A stretch of 62,277 bases of DNA, counting the filler, from Choristocarpus tenellus KU-1152 (taxonomy: Eukaryota; Protista; Phaeophyceae): the NCBI GenBank assembly GCA_964200185.2. It is 9 parts of 9 records of this genome, joined end to end, with 100 filler letters (N's around TTAATTAATTAA, not from the genome) between each part and the next. Parts side by side here need not be neighbours in the genome. Positions count along the whole stretch, not along the records: positions 1 to 5,089 come from CAXNAD020011918.1; positions 5,190 to 15,422 come from CAXNAD020003056.1; 7 more parts are not named here. One strand, given 5' to 3'. Position numbers and translations under genes: made by a program. Below, piece by piece: positions 1-13,000 of this stretch (positions are counted from its first letter, which is position 1; each line of letters starts with the position of its first letter). The notes under the pieces are model-generated. The model worked only from the letters and a program-made list of their open reading frames with translations, did not search any database and had not been told where the DNA came from.

Positions 1-260
1 GCACCAATATCAGTTTTTCTCTTGCCCTTCCCTATTCCTCCTTGGTGTTTTTGGTGCAAGTTCCCAAAGCATCGAGTACTTGGGAAAGAGAGGATCCTCC
101 ATGCATGCCATGGGACCTGCAAACAGCAGTCTCCGTTGGTATTGTGTGCAGCATATATGCTTCAGTGCGCTCAATAGCTCACCTCCATGGGATGTATAGG
201 TCCAGTCACCAGGCCTGCAGATAGCGCTGATGTACGTACTGGACTCCTGATGCATAGCCT
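1..260 (-). mobile_element. Degenerate RTE-type LINE (non-LTR retrotransposon) C-terminal fragment
   Basis: Minus-strand translation RRLLFAGPMACMEDPLFPKYSMLWEL...GQEKN resembles the post-RT tail of RTE-like LINEs (RRRLLFAG..RM.D.RLPK..MFGEL...GQEK.W). Decayed. Confidence 0.6.
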
Positions 261-774
261 GTCAAGTACGCCGGATCTCTCACATGGATTATTCCCTTCA
301 TAAGCATCGATTATCGTGGTATAAGAAGAAACTGGACAGCAATGTCTTATATCTATTGAACATCATAATGACCTAATAACATATGAATAGTCAAGAAGTA
401 CAAATACATATAATCTAGGACTATTGGCGTTTGCGAAACCGTCATAAAGATATATCGCATGTGTAACATACTCTCCTAGCATGAAGGTTAACTGCTTCAA
501 TGCCAAGAAAAGGTGATTGGGCAAGGAAGTAAGATGTCGCTCCTTATCCTATCATGAACGTGGCAGAAATGAAATGAATGTCATCTCCAGGTCCTAACAT
601 ATCGGTAAGCAGCGTTGGGGATCCAGAGGAGGAGGAAACCTGGAGGGAAACCCCCCTTCCAACGTTTGCCCTGATGACAGGTATGCTAGCGTGACACTTA
701 CACCTCAAGGTACTCACTCCGTGTTTGGCTCAACGTTCAAGAGAAACACTCCTACACCAGAGTCTCACACTCGC

Positions 775-1700
775 GCCAAAAATAGGATACTGTCTGAAGG
801 ACTCTTCCCATTTCAAAAACATGGAACACAAAGAAATGCAGACGAAAGAATAACATCCCACGATCACAGAGAAAGAGGGTGCTTCCAGAGAAAGGCTCTC
901 CCTCCTCAAGGACTATGAACATGGAAATAAATAACAAAATAGTAGGGTGCTGTCATAGAAAGACTCCACCCCTTCAAAACTATCAACACAAATACAGACA
1001 CAAAATCATAAGTCACACTGAACTAGGGTACTGCCATACACTCTCCCCTTCAGAACTATAATACAAACAACTACAGGATTCCAAGACAATGTCACACGGT
1101 CGCAAAGAGATAGGGTGCTGCCATGGAGAAGCTTACCCTCCCTAGGAACTATGAATACACAAATAAATATAGACAATTTGTCATAATTTGAATAGGGAGT
1201 GTCACAGCAAAGACTCTCCCCCTTCGCACCTATCAACACAAACGAGTACAGGCACAAAATCACAATAACACTGAAATAGGTTACCTGCCATAGACTCTCT
1301 CCCTCCAGAACTACAAACACAAACAACTACATAACACCAAGATATTGTCTCACCATCGCAATCAAAAATAGGCTTCTGCCATGGAAAGGCTTGTCCTCCC
1401 TAGGACATAAGAACATGTAAACAAGTAACGGCAAATGTCGTACAATACCATCAAAATAGGGAGTGTCAGCAAGACACTCCTCCTTCACAACTATCAACGC
1501 AAGCAAATACAAGACTCAAGAATAATGTCTCAACAAAGACAGATCAAAATATCACACATAACATGAAATAGGGAATGCCATAAACAACACTCCCCCTCAC
1601 AACTACCAACACACACAAACTAAAGACACAAGAATAATGTCTCACCAAATACAGAAAGGTATGTCTAACAATAACATAAAATAGGGAATGTCACGATATG
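775..1700. repeat. Degenerate tandem array of ~11 monomers (~65-115 bp) with ABC higher-order structure
   Basis: A recurring core (A)TAGGG.G.TG(C/T)CA...ACTC.CCC.TC..AACTA starts near 781, 874, 941, 1022, 1109, 1191, 1275, 1366, 1455, 1567 and 1680. Every third monomer is most similar (period ~250 bp). Confidence 0.8.
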
Positions 1701-2213
1701 AATGCTCACACTGGTTAGAGCGCAAAGCAGACATACTATTTGCCTATTTACCACAGGCGATTGTCATGAGTTACGAAAATAGATATCGCCTATCACCTCT
1801 CAATCGTGCTGCAGCGGCATGAATTGGTTGCCATTAGATGACAGAGGGACTCCAGGTCCAAATTAACCAGTTGTTTCCAACAACGATCGACGTATATCCT
1901 TGTATTTATTGGGAATGAATTCTCCAAAAGTCATAGGACACGGTCAGAGTCTCATTGCATGTTTGGCCAAATCAGGGAAAACACTCTCATAAGAAGTGTA
2001 TATAGCTCCGACTGGGCCCAAACTAGATCAACAGATATCCTTGTTTTCCTGGGGAGAATCAGTGACGAGGATCACATGATACCATCAGAGTCAATTTGCA
2101 TCTGGCCTAATCCGAGAATACACTTACTTGTTCCTTCTGAAACAAACCTTGAAATGTTACAAAGCACACATCTCTCACATGGCCTGAAAAAAATAGGTCT
2201 CCAGTTCCGATCG

Positions 2214-3216
2214 GAGTGAAGGTATCTTAGAGGGTACGAGTTTTTCCCTATCTGTCCGTTTGGGGCTTGGCTTCCCGTAGGATCTTTATGACAATTTCTG
2301 TTGAAACCTGAATCGAATGCATTGTATATGTAAGCGAAATGCGTAGACTACGAGTAAAGAGGAATCGTGGTTTGTTAAGCACCGATGAGTGAAATACGTA
2401 ATCTCTGGTACGAGTACATGTGGTTGTGCTGCAAAGCACTGATGTATTTATTCTGTTGCAACTGAAGTCATTGATCTCTCAGCCAAGAATGATGTGATGT
2501 GAATTCAGTGTTATTTCTTGAGATACTCAACGAAACTCAACGAAAGAAGTCCATGCTCTCTGGAGAGGCTTGTTACGTTGATTGGCAAGCGTCTCCGTGG
2601 ATGGTTTTAACTCTGTATGTAACACATCCAAGTGTGCGTCAGGGGCACTATTGCAGAGTGAGCTTGAGGTGCTCAGAGGGGGCAATGACAACCAATGAAA
2701 AAATAATAACCAACAATTAACTTGCATCTGGGGTCTTATTCTGATAAGAAAAAAACAGAGATGACAGACAACGACAAAGAGGAAAAAGACAGAAGGTAAC
2801 AGGAAATGCGCTTGGAACAAGTTCCGAAGTAACTTGGATGACGCGTGCTATGATGTTCCTGTGTGTGATGTGTATCAACTGAATATCAACTGATGCTACA
2901 CTTCTATCTACTGTCATCGACGTTATGATAAGTTGGGGATCCGCAACAAATAAATGGACAATAACAACCAGTAGTGCAGTACACCAATCAACAGTCAGTA
3001 CAAGCTGGCAGTTTTTGTATCATATCAACAAGAAAGCCTATATTTAACAATTTCCTACTCCGATATGTTTTGGATTAGAAAAAATGTGTACGTTATGAAA
3101 AGGTGTGTCCGGAACAAGGATATTGACACTTCCTAACTATCACGATAGCCAAAATCTCAACATTGGATTTTGGCCCCAAACGGACGTGGCTCTACCCTTC
3201 TAATATACTTCGACTC
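2214..3216 (+). mobile_element. MITE family 1 copy (~250 bp net), split by a solo LTR
   Basis: TIRs GAGTGAAGGTATCTTAGAGGGTA / TACCCTTCTAATATACTTCGACTC; flanks ATCG/ATCT. The two halves join to match the intact copy at 40889-41147. Confidence 0.8.
2299..3049. mobile_element. Solo LTR-like insertion, 751 bp
   Basis: Begins TGTTGAAA and ends TTTAACA (TG...CA, short imperfect inverted ends). Flanked by a perfect 5-bp duplication ATTTC (2294-2298 and 3050-3054). The empty site is visible in the paralogous MITE at 40889-41147. Confidence 0.8.
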
Positions 3217-3963
3217 ATCTCCCTAATCACGAATGTGATTATTTTATATCCTCCTTGTTCCCTTTAGAAGTGTCTGTCCACAAGGTCGTAGGATACAATC
3301 TCAGGCAAATTGCCTCTCTGGCCTAATCCGAGTATACACTTGTTCCTTTTGGAGGTCTGGTTCAAAATTCACAAGGCATACATCTCTGACACGGGCTAAA
3401 ATAAACGAGTCCCCAGTTCCAATCTCCCTAATCGCAAATTTGATTAATGTATGCATGGGTCTCCAGTCCATAGACTGCAAGGCTCTATTCTGTGTTTGCA
3501 TTGTAAGTGCTATCAAGGAATAGTCTCACAACACCCCTATATTATTCACGACCTAATCGATATCTGCTGGTTGCCTGTCCTATGGCCCCCACCAAGAACA
3601 ACGCATATTCAAGGCTGCTAGTGCGCGAGACAGGCAGCGGTAAGTTTATTCTGTGTATCTCGTTTCTCTTTTTCTGAGGTGTAAGATCCAACTATATAAT
3701 ACAAAAAATCGGTAGAAAATGAGAGCAACAAAAACGGGAAAGCAAAATAAGAGGAAAATTGAAGGATCAGAACCAAAGTGAGAGTTTATGAAGTAATCTG
3801 AATTTTGTGGGCGGGAGAATTCTGGTTGGTTGGGGGCACAGGACAAGAGTGGGTGGGGGAAAGAAAAGAAGGAAGCAGGAAGAGAAGGTAGAATTAACGA
3901 AGGGACGAGATGGTTAATGGAAATGAGAGGTAGATAAAGGGAAGGACAACAACCAGTCAGTGA

Positions 3964-5089
3964 AAAAAGGAAAGAAAACCAGGGGTACAAGACGAGGAGG
4001 GGAGACCAAGGCAACCTCCGAGCAAGCTTCTATTTCGATCGAGAACATCAGAAAAAGGGGGAGAAGAAAGAGGGATGGGAAGAGGAGCAGGGGCGATAGG
4101 AGAGAGAGGATCGATATTATTAACATCGATGGCAGAGAGGTTTCAAGAGAAGTCATTGATGCAAGCGTGGAACAGGGTGGAGGTGTGGAAGTATTTTATA
4201 CTCCTCGGTTTCATTCCCCTATTTATAAAAACGGGGAATGCCAGGACAACGAAGTACGAGCTACAGAGGATCGTGGAGGAGACAACAGACGTGACGGAAG
4301 AGTTGGCAGCACAGCTAGAATACTGGGCAGGTTTTACGATCAGGGACTACATACCAAAGGGGGAGCTCGGGAGGAAGACGTTCAAAGGGGACTACGAATT
4401 ACCTGACAACTTTGACTTCTTTGTGGCAGCCATGGTGAGGGTATGTAAATATGGGGAGAATTGGAATAGCGGGAAAAGAAGGACAGAACGGGTGATTGAT
4501 GATTTGAAAGACGCTCGGCGTAAAGTTTGCATGTTCTACGGTGCCAACAAACCAACGTTGTTAGAGAGTCCGCGGATTTGAGGAACTAATTTTCAGAGCA
4601 GTGGAGGAGGACCTAATGTGCTGGGAAAAGCGGTTGGCGGCAGCGGCTGATATAATAGGGAACAAATTTATCGCACCACCTCCCCGTGACATGCTGATAC
4701 CACTCCCGCCGAGCCCGCACTTCACATGTGTAGAGGCGACATTGGCGCAGGCAAAGAACGTGCTGCCTGCCTTGCATAGCACTGAGTCCCGCTCCCGATC
4801 CATGAAGAGGGCGGGGCCACGGGGGGAGACAAGGGCTTATAAATCTTCCAGGGCTGAAGACAGAAATAGAGCTGGAGTATCAAGAGGGGAGGGAAGGACC
4901 TACAACCCGTGCTTTGCGTGGAAGTCAGGAAAGGAGTGTGACTTCCTGAAAAGATTTGGTTTCTGCAAATATGACCATTTCGAAGAAGGGGAAGAAGAGA
5001 AAGAGAAGGAAGCCCAGACCGAGGCCAAGGCTAAAAAGAAAGACCCATGAAGACGCGGGCCCACCCCTATCCAGGGGGGGCCGGCAGGA
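3964..5089 (+). mobile_element. Gag-like ORF1 remnant, possibly of a DIRS/Ngaro (tyrosine-recombinase) retrotransposon; frameshifted, truncated by contig end
   Basis: Intronless ORFs 4075-4581 and 4601-5050 join by a frame change near 4575. C-terminal CFAWKSGKECDFLKRFGFCKYDH is a CCCH-type finger. A new ATG overlaps the stop (ATGA, 5047-5050). Confidence 0.45.
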
Positions 5090-5189
5090 NNNNNNNNNNN
5101 NNNNNNNNNNNNNNNNNNNNNNNNNNNNNNNNNTTAATTAATTAANNNNNNNNNNNNNNNNNNNNNNNNNNNNNNNNNNNNNNNNNNNN
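5090..5189. other. Artificial contig-joining spacer (44N-TTAATTAATTAA-44N)
   Basis: Identical 100-bp spacer with stops in all six frames. Recurs at 15423-15522, 21824-21923, 25873-25972, 42165-42264, 46792-46891, 53700-53799 and 58293-58392. Confidence 0.98.
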
Positions 5190-7057
5190 TACTACGGTTG
5201 TGGACCTCGTGAGAAGCCCCAGTGCTGTTCGTTTTATTTGCGTCTCTTATCACGCGCGTCGTCCTTACACCTGCGACCATCCTTCGATCATCATCGTGCC
5301 CACAAATCCATCTATGCTTGCTTTCACCATCATCAACACAAATTATACACTACTGCTTATTATATGGAGCTTTATAGTACTTACTACCTATCTATCATCT
5401 CACCTAGGAGCCCATGTTCACCTACATGCACATAGAAGAAGGGGTACTGTGGGAGATTTATTTTTATTTTTATCGTTTTTGCTACAGGCAACACGAATAA
5501 TACATGAACGACCAATGCAATCAACTGTCTATATAAAATTGCTCACAATCAGGACTAGTCGTATCCTTATAGCCCTAGCTCTAGACCTGAGCTAGAGCTC
5601 GTCAATCGAATGAAACCGCCCACAGTGCAGGGAAACTGAAGGGATAATGGTCACGATACCGATACACATTCGAAGTGGAAAGTGATCTGGATGCTTAAAG
5701 GAAGAAACTCAAATTTGTACATCGTATTATCTATCGGCCGCATGTTACGTCGCAAAAAGAAGCGAATCGAACAACTCTACTACCATCCATCTGTAGATGG
5801 ACTGACGTAGCATAATTGAAGACTATCCTTCGTACATGACACATGAGAATTCTATGCACTTCATGATCAGTAGAGTAACACACTTCAAACCAAGTACTCT
5901 TGTAACATCTCCGTTCTGATTAGAACCCATCGTCTGTCTTTCTACTTTGTTTTTGGTTAATTGTGAAGATGGTCCTGTTCTTCGTAAGGCTTATCATGAA
6001 AGCAATATATCCCTCTTGCATTCAACGAGTGAGAGTGGGATAGCATTACCCGCTCTATACTAACACTACATTTATATTTTTTGAAGTTCACTATTTGTTG
6101 CTGCACCTTTGAAACTACTGACATCTTGGTCGCAAAATCAAAATCGGCACCTTTCTCATAGACGATGCAAGTATAAATGAGATCAGTATAGTTTTTGTGT
6201 TACGGTCTACACCAGTTGAGGAAAATACATAATGTGCTCAGAACATGTATTGCAGTGTTTACATCAGCAAATCCTACTGCAAATGCCAAAGCAACTGCTC
6301 TCCTCAGCGACTAGAATCTCTACTACCTCACCTCATTTCCAATGATCAATTTTTCTGTTGACTCTTACAAGTTGAAAAAAATATGAAAAAAAGATATGTA
6401 TGCACACATTGTTCGTTTGTCCAAATGGTAACACATGACTCCAAAAAGGAGCAATCTATCCCCCACCCCTTAAGAGCACTGCAGTAGCCGTCCCCCAAAT
6501 GCACTGATTGCATCTGAGTAACCTATATCTGCTCTGCCAGGTTCAATCTGACAAAATTAAGTGGTGGCAACAATTATGATGGCCACATAATTCGTGTATT
6601 TCATGTGATACTTCGAAGCCTGTTTGCAAGCTTTTGTTGTCTCGTCACTGTTGGGAGGCACAGCAATACATAACTGCAACATGCACAAAAAAGGCAAGTA
6701 GCACTCCAATGTTGCAGTAGTAGTGGATGCTCAGTGATCACACACTGAACCACAACAGAACACAGATTTATCATTCTCCCTCTCCACAAAAGTATTGACC
6801 ATCTGCTAGAAGGACCTCTCACAATGCAAGAAAATGTCACATACGCACAGAAATAATACATAGAAAAATGATCTTTAAGCCGTGCAAGAGGTTGCATGAA
6901 CTCCTCCAGCAGCTCTAATGACTTGTTCAACATCAGTGTCATTCCCACTGCACTCAAAGAGTAGGAAAGAGGAAAGTAGGGGGGGGAACAGAGGGGAGGA
7001 TCAACACCACTTCAGCAGCAGCGCCACCATCAACGCTAGAACTGGGAAGGTGTCTAT

Positions 7058-10000
7058 TCACTGGTGCTCTTCCTCTGTCTCCATTGGGGTGGCAGTTGTT
7101 GTGTCTCCATTGCTGCCTGGTTCTGCAACTGGCGCCACTGGTCCCTTCCCTCCATCTGCCTCCTTGCCATCAGCACCTGACCACGATGGTGCATCTGTGG
7201 TGTCCTTGTTCTCTTCTGGAGTGACCTCCTGTTTAGCATAAAAAGTTGTACATGATAAAGAACCCACCAAAAGAGCAAATATCACAGCACCTTGAGTGAA
7301 CAAAGAAAAATGAAATATCCAATACACAGCAACCAAGCTCTTCACAAACTACACTCTCACCCAGAGTGACCACATGTTGTGAACATCATACAAATGTTCG
7401 TCCTGTGTGCATGCACTCATGTGGAGCAAGGGCATAAATTTGGTTAATCAATTTTAAAATAGATTATTTCCAATACAAATAGTACTCTACAAGAGGGATT
7501 TATCAATACAATCACACCAGCACCCTTGGAAAGGGTCATATTCCCCACCCTGCCCCCTCTGTTGCTGTGAACCTTCTGTACTGGCTTACCGATTCTCCAC
7601 CAGCTGATGTGCCAGCAGGACTTCCTCCCTGAGCAGTGCTGGGCTTGCTTTCGTTCTCTCCCTGGGCAGGAGTAGCTGGTGGATCAGCCTTCACCACTGG
7701 CTTAGGTTTAGGCTTCTTCATTATGGGTCTGCAGATAGCATGCAGATCCTTTGCATGGGCCTTGATTTCTTCACATGTCACAGCCTATTCCGTTGCATTC
7801 CATTGGGTATAACAGTCCCAATAGGATTGGACAGTAAGGTTACATATAAAAAAGGGGGATCATGTGCAATTTACAGCCTAGCACACAATCTGTGTTGTAC
7901 AACAACAAATTTTTGCTACCACTATAAAATTGGGGAAAATTGTCTAAATGGATAAATAAGAACTGCTTGACTCCTGTTGGACATTGCAACAGCCAAAGAC
8001 TCTTAAAATGGCATCTCCCCTCTCTCTCCCATACCTTCACAGCCCTGACCCTGATATCAAACTGTAACCAAAATATATCAAAACACCTGCCAGATCGTTC
8101 TGTACATTGTTCTTGACACCCTAATGTAGACAACTGGTAAGAGATGAGGGTGATCACCCTCAGTTGCACATAGAAGCCAATCTTCTGTCATACAAACAGA
8201 AAAAAAGCATGAATACAACTTGCATTTGAACACATTTTGTTGGCTGCAATGTAGCCTCACTGTCCACTTACCGGGTTCTTAGAGGCAGGCAGAGATGCCT
8301 GTTGCTCAAGCTTATCAAACAGCCATTTCTCTGCTGAAGAGCATGCTGCTCTCATCTTAGCTCGTTCCTGTCCCATATTCATCCATCCAAGCAGCACACA
8401 CACACATGTTATTTGTTGCCAAGATAAAATTCGATTTTTTTTTTGCTGAACAAGAGTCAGATACGCAATTGGCAGCAGGCTCTATCACAACATGGAAGTC
8501 ATACTGGAGTACCTTGTAAAAATATGAAAAACAAGACTAGAAATGGGTACCTCACAGAGAAGCAGGCTGTCATCTCAATGGGTCACGAAAGCAGATATCA
8601 AAAAAAGAACTCATAGATTAATGTACAGGCATGGACTGAGGGATGTCGATGTTGAAGGATTTGTCTCAAGTTTCGAATCAGATGCTTGTACTAGGTTCTA
8701 TGTAGACTAAGGATGCAGGAGCGAACATAGTCAACTGTTTTGGGTTATCAGGTTTCAACAGTTTGTATTTTATACACGTATCCAAATGGTATCGACTATA
8801 AAAAACACCCACCTCATCCTCAATATGAGCATAAGCCTCATCAGTAGAGTTGACAAACTTAGTGTACACCTCCACAGCCCCTTGGATATCAGTTACACAT
8901 GACTGTTCAAACAATTAAACAAGACGTGACAACATTTGATGCATAATTAACAAAGTCAGCATGTGCATATGTAGAACTAGTATCACGCTGAGTAGTATGG
9001 TTAAACCTGCTGGGTATGATGCCTGGTATTCCATCTATCAGGCTTAACCTCCTCCACGGAGAGAATGATAGAGATAATAAAGGAAGTGATAAAAATAACC
9101 TACAACTAGCAACTGAGCTCTAGCTCACGATCAAAAAGGAGAGTGATGAGTTCCTAATAGCAGACAAAAAATGAAACCTAATAGGTGAAGGCCTCCTTCC
9201 TGCTTGTTCAAGATGATACTACGCAAGGTGAGATACCCATTGTGCTTAAATATTTCATCTTTGAGGCTAACAAAGACCAGCATGGGCAGACATACACATG
9301 GAGCAATCATGTTTGACATCCTAACTCAGAACTAACTTTAAGGTTCCAAACCCAGGTACATGTGGACAACTTCTTTGCTTCAGGGTCCTGGAGTTGGGGG
9401 GGATATAGGTTCACCTTTGTATCAATACCAAGTTGGCACAAAAAAATATGTAACGTGAACTCTGAAGTTTTTTGCATGCAACAAAAGGATTCAACAGAAG
9501 GTCGTATGTACACCAAAATTCTACCCTTACACTCCTGCAAGCAACTCTCTACTGACTCTCACCAAAAACATATTTTCAACTGCCCAATGCTAAAATAGCC
9601 ACACAAATCCATGGCTCAATATCAAAGAAAAATGAAACATGAGAATGGTTCCACCATTCACCATCGTGACTAGTATAGCATCATAAAGCTCCTCCCTATC
9701 CCACCACACATCGATATCATACACTATTTCACCCACCTGACGGTTGTTCGCCTCATACAAGCGGGATTCAATCGGCAATCCCAGGGCCGTCAGCTCTGCT
9801 AGCTTTCCTGCGTACACAGACTTGGAGCTATCGAAGCCCTCATCGGAATAAAGCCTGCAACAGCAACATAAACACACAAACATAAGATAAGACAGAATGT
9901 GATCAGCAAAGAATGCATAGTCAAGTAAGCCATAGAGAGAGAGAGAGAGAGAGAGAGACGGCATGGAAAAGTTGAAGGTTTCACACTCACACTTCTGTAA

Positions 10001-13000
10001 TGATGACTCCAAAAAACCCTTCAACTAATCCCGAATCAATACAATAACAGTGCAACCCACCAGTCTTCTGCATCGGTGAGCTTGGCCTTGAAATCTTCAG
10101 CCTCCTCCGGCTCCACATAAGACTGTAGCAAATCCACAAGCCGGTCTCGCATGCCATAGATATAGGACTCCAGCTCATTGCGCTTGTCTGCTGTCTCTTT
10201 CAGGATACGGTCCTTGAACACACACACACACACAGTAATAATTTACACTTAGATTGAACAACAGTGAGTATCCATTGCAATACTAACAATGTAGCTACAA
10301 AAAACAATACAGTGGAAGACATTTTTTTGTCGCACCAACAAAAACAAACTTGTAAAAATGGTTGCAAGTGCTGTGAGACGTAAGCACAAACAAAATAATG
10401 TGCATTAGACATACAACCAGGACTCATATTCTATATGGAAGTTATCTACTTCACCATCCTAACAGATACTATCAGTGTAAGGATAGTGCCATTAAAATTA
10501 TTGCCGACACCTAGGTAAAAAAAATCTAACTGTGAACGGAGGTCAACAATTTGGTGTCTCTCCTACACCAATTAATAACAGCCTGTACAGCAGGGACATG
10601 TAACTTGTTGGTCTCCATCAATAGTCCATATTGGTTCAAAATGGTGAGGGTGACAGATCCAGTGATGCTCTCTCACCGCAGGCAGATTCACACGTGGGAT
10701 CAATACTAAGGGCAATAGCCAAGAAAAATAACACCACATAATAATAATAATAATAATAGATTGCAATCACCAAATATCATCGTTCTCGGTGAGGGTATTG
10801 AAATCAACGTCAAAGGTGATCAATTAAACACAAACAACACATTCCACATCCCAAGAAATGGTAGTCCCTATTGTCAACAATAAAGAGACTGAATTGTCGT
10901 AACTAATAATTGAAGTCATGATCATGGGTGCACCAGATACACGACTTCTTGGTCCAAATAAATTGACAGCCTGTTTTGCTTGAACTGGGCATGGGTGATA
11001 AATTCAGTTCAATACACTGGGTACGAGAATTATCCACTGTAGTCTACACCTCCAAACACACAATTCTTTTATCGCTGGAGAATCTTCATCTCTAGGTATG
11101 GGTGACGGATTCTCAAGCTACGATTTGCTTTGCAAAAAAGCTCATGGATGGTCGTGGTCTATCACAGGTGATCGTTCTTCTGGGGACTCTCTTAGGGTGA
11201 GTTTTACTTTCCACTCTCCAAAGCTCAAGCACAGGCAATGGAAGATGACATAGTACGGGCACTGAATACACAGGGTAACAAAACCTCCAGAGTCAAGCAA
11301 ACAAAGCAGGGATCACGTGAACAAGTCAATCAAGCAGCATGTAGGGGTACAGCTACGTTGTTGCCACAATAGTACGAGACAGGAATTTCGGATCATGAAG
11401 TCGACTACTTGTAATGATCACGGTGTATCCTCCTCCTCACTGGTGTACAGGAATCTGATTAAAATTATCAAAGGAGCACCTGTCATAGAAAATAGTCTAA
11501 TCGATACGATGAAGTTCAAGTGTAAAGGCACTACATGGTTACCACAATATACTACTAGAAACGAATTAACTACAATACTCCGTACCTGGTTGGCCATCTG
11601 TGCCTCTTCAAGAACAGCAGCGTCTATCTTCTCCTTGGACCAGGCTGCAGTTTGTTGGTCCACCTTGAGTGCAACCTAGTGCAAACCAAAAGACACAAAT
11701 GAAATACTACAACAATGAAAACACAAGCGAGTGGAAAAATGTGTAACGCCACTCTTACTAATGCAGAGTCTACAAAATATTGAACTGTGCCCACAGCCTT
11801 GAAAAATCTTTTATTACCATGCAACTATAGAGGAAACTGCATTTAGTTACCACCACTCGATCGATCACCATAAGGAACATTACACAGAGTATAATTTTCC
11901 TATCAACACAACAAAACACAGCAACATAAAAAAGGAAGTAAAAAAAGATGCATTGAAAATGCAGATGATTAGATTATATCTGGTTCTACTGGATACTATA
12001 CTGTCTAATTTACCCCTGCACCCTTTACCAATCATGTTGTCATCTCATTTGACATATCCATCACCTTGCTGAAGACAGGTTTCTTCTTTTTGAGGGCAGG
12101 CTCTGTTGGGTTCTCCTTCGACACAGATTTGTCTGTTGATGATCCTGCTGCGGCTTTCCCCTCCTTCCTCTCCCTTGATTGACCAGCCTCATTCTCAGCA
12201 GGACCCTTTCCATTCCCTTGTTCCCCCTTCGTGCCCTTCGAGAGCACCATAATAAAGCATGAGATAACAAAACAATGCAGGGGTTATCAACCATTTCAAA
12301 AGGTGAGGGCTTCTAAAAAAGTATAAATTTAAACATCAGAGCTCCCACAGCACAAGCAACACTTTCAAATAAATGAGACAAAGATTGAGGCACTCTATAT
12401 CGCTTTCTATATACGTGAGTACGAACAAATACGTAAGCATATAAGGGTTCTCACCTCCTTTGTGTCGCCATCGACCTCCATTGGCGCCTGTGTATGTTTG
12501 TTCACATAGGAAAATAAAACATGGTTTGCAGATTAGGTTCACTCTGTCCGTGGTAAATGTATCTCATCAAACCAAAACAAAAAAATATCTTGACAACGCC
12601 AGACCCAGCCCTGCAATACTTCCACATACAGTATCCATTCGATATATTTTTCAAAATGTGATCTGCAAGTGTGGGGTGTGCTCTGCTCAGTCCCTATCAA
12701 CAACTAGTGGAAACAATAGCTCCATCTCTGCCCTTTTGGATTATGTGTTGTGATGATTAAAATCGATTTCTGTCATGAACACGTCATTTTATCACACAAA
12801 CAGAAGAGGCCTCCTTGCTAATCAATGTTCACATCTTTGAATGATGAGAGTCTTCTGCAGCAAGCATTCACCACTACAATTGTGTCACTGATGCCAACAC
12901 TTCAAAAGGACCAATGCAAAATAGGTGTCAGGCAAGAAATGATATATATTATTATAAGGGTACACTCACAACGCCTCCATCTTCTGTTGCCTTGGCAGCA

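Larger units (their letters stand above)
1935..3460. repeat. Degenerate tandem repeat (about 3 copies) hosting nested insertions
   Basis: TGGCC(T/A)AATC.G.GAA.ACACT recurs at ~1963, ~2103 and ~3319. Segment 2077-2213 aligns with 3292-3425. Confidence 0.65.

Noticed and set aside
775-1700. CRISPR-like repeat-spacer appearance
   Set aside because: Repeats are highly degenerate, the intervening sequences are related to each other, spacing is irregular, there are no cas genes and the context is eukaryotic.
5199-5432. TGTGGA...TGCACA LTR-like segment with nearby purine tract
   Set aside because: No TSD, PBS or second copy seen.
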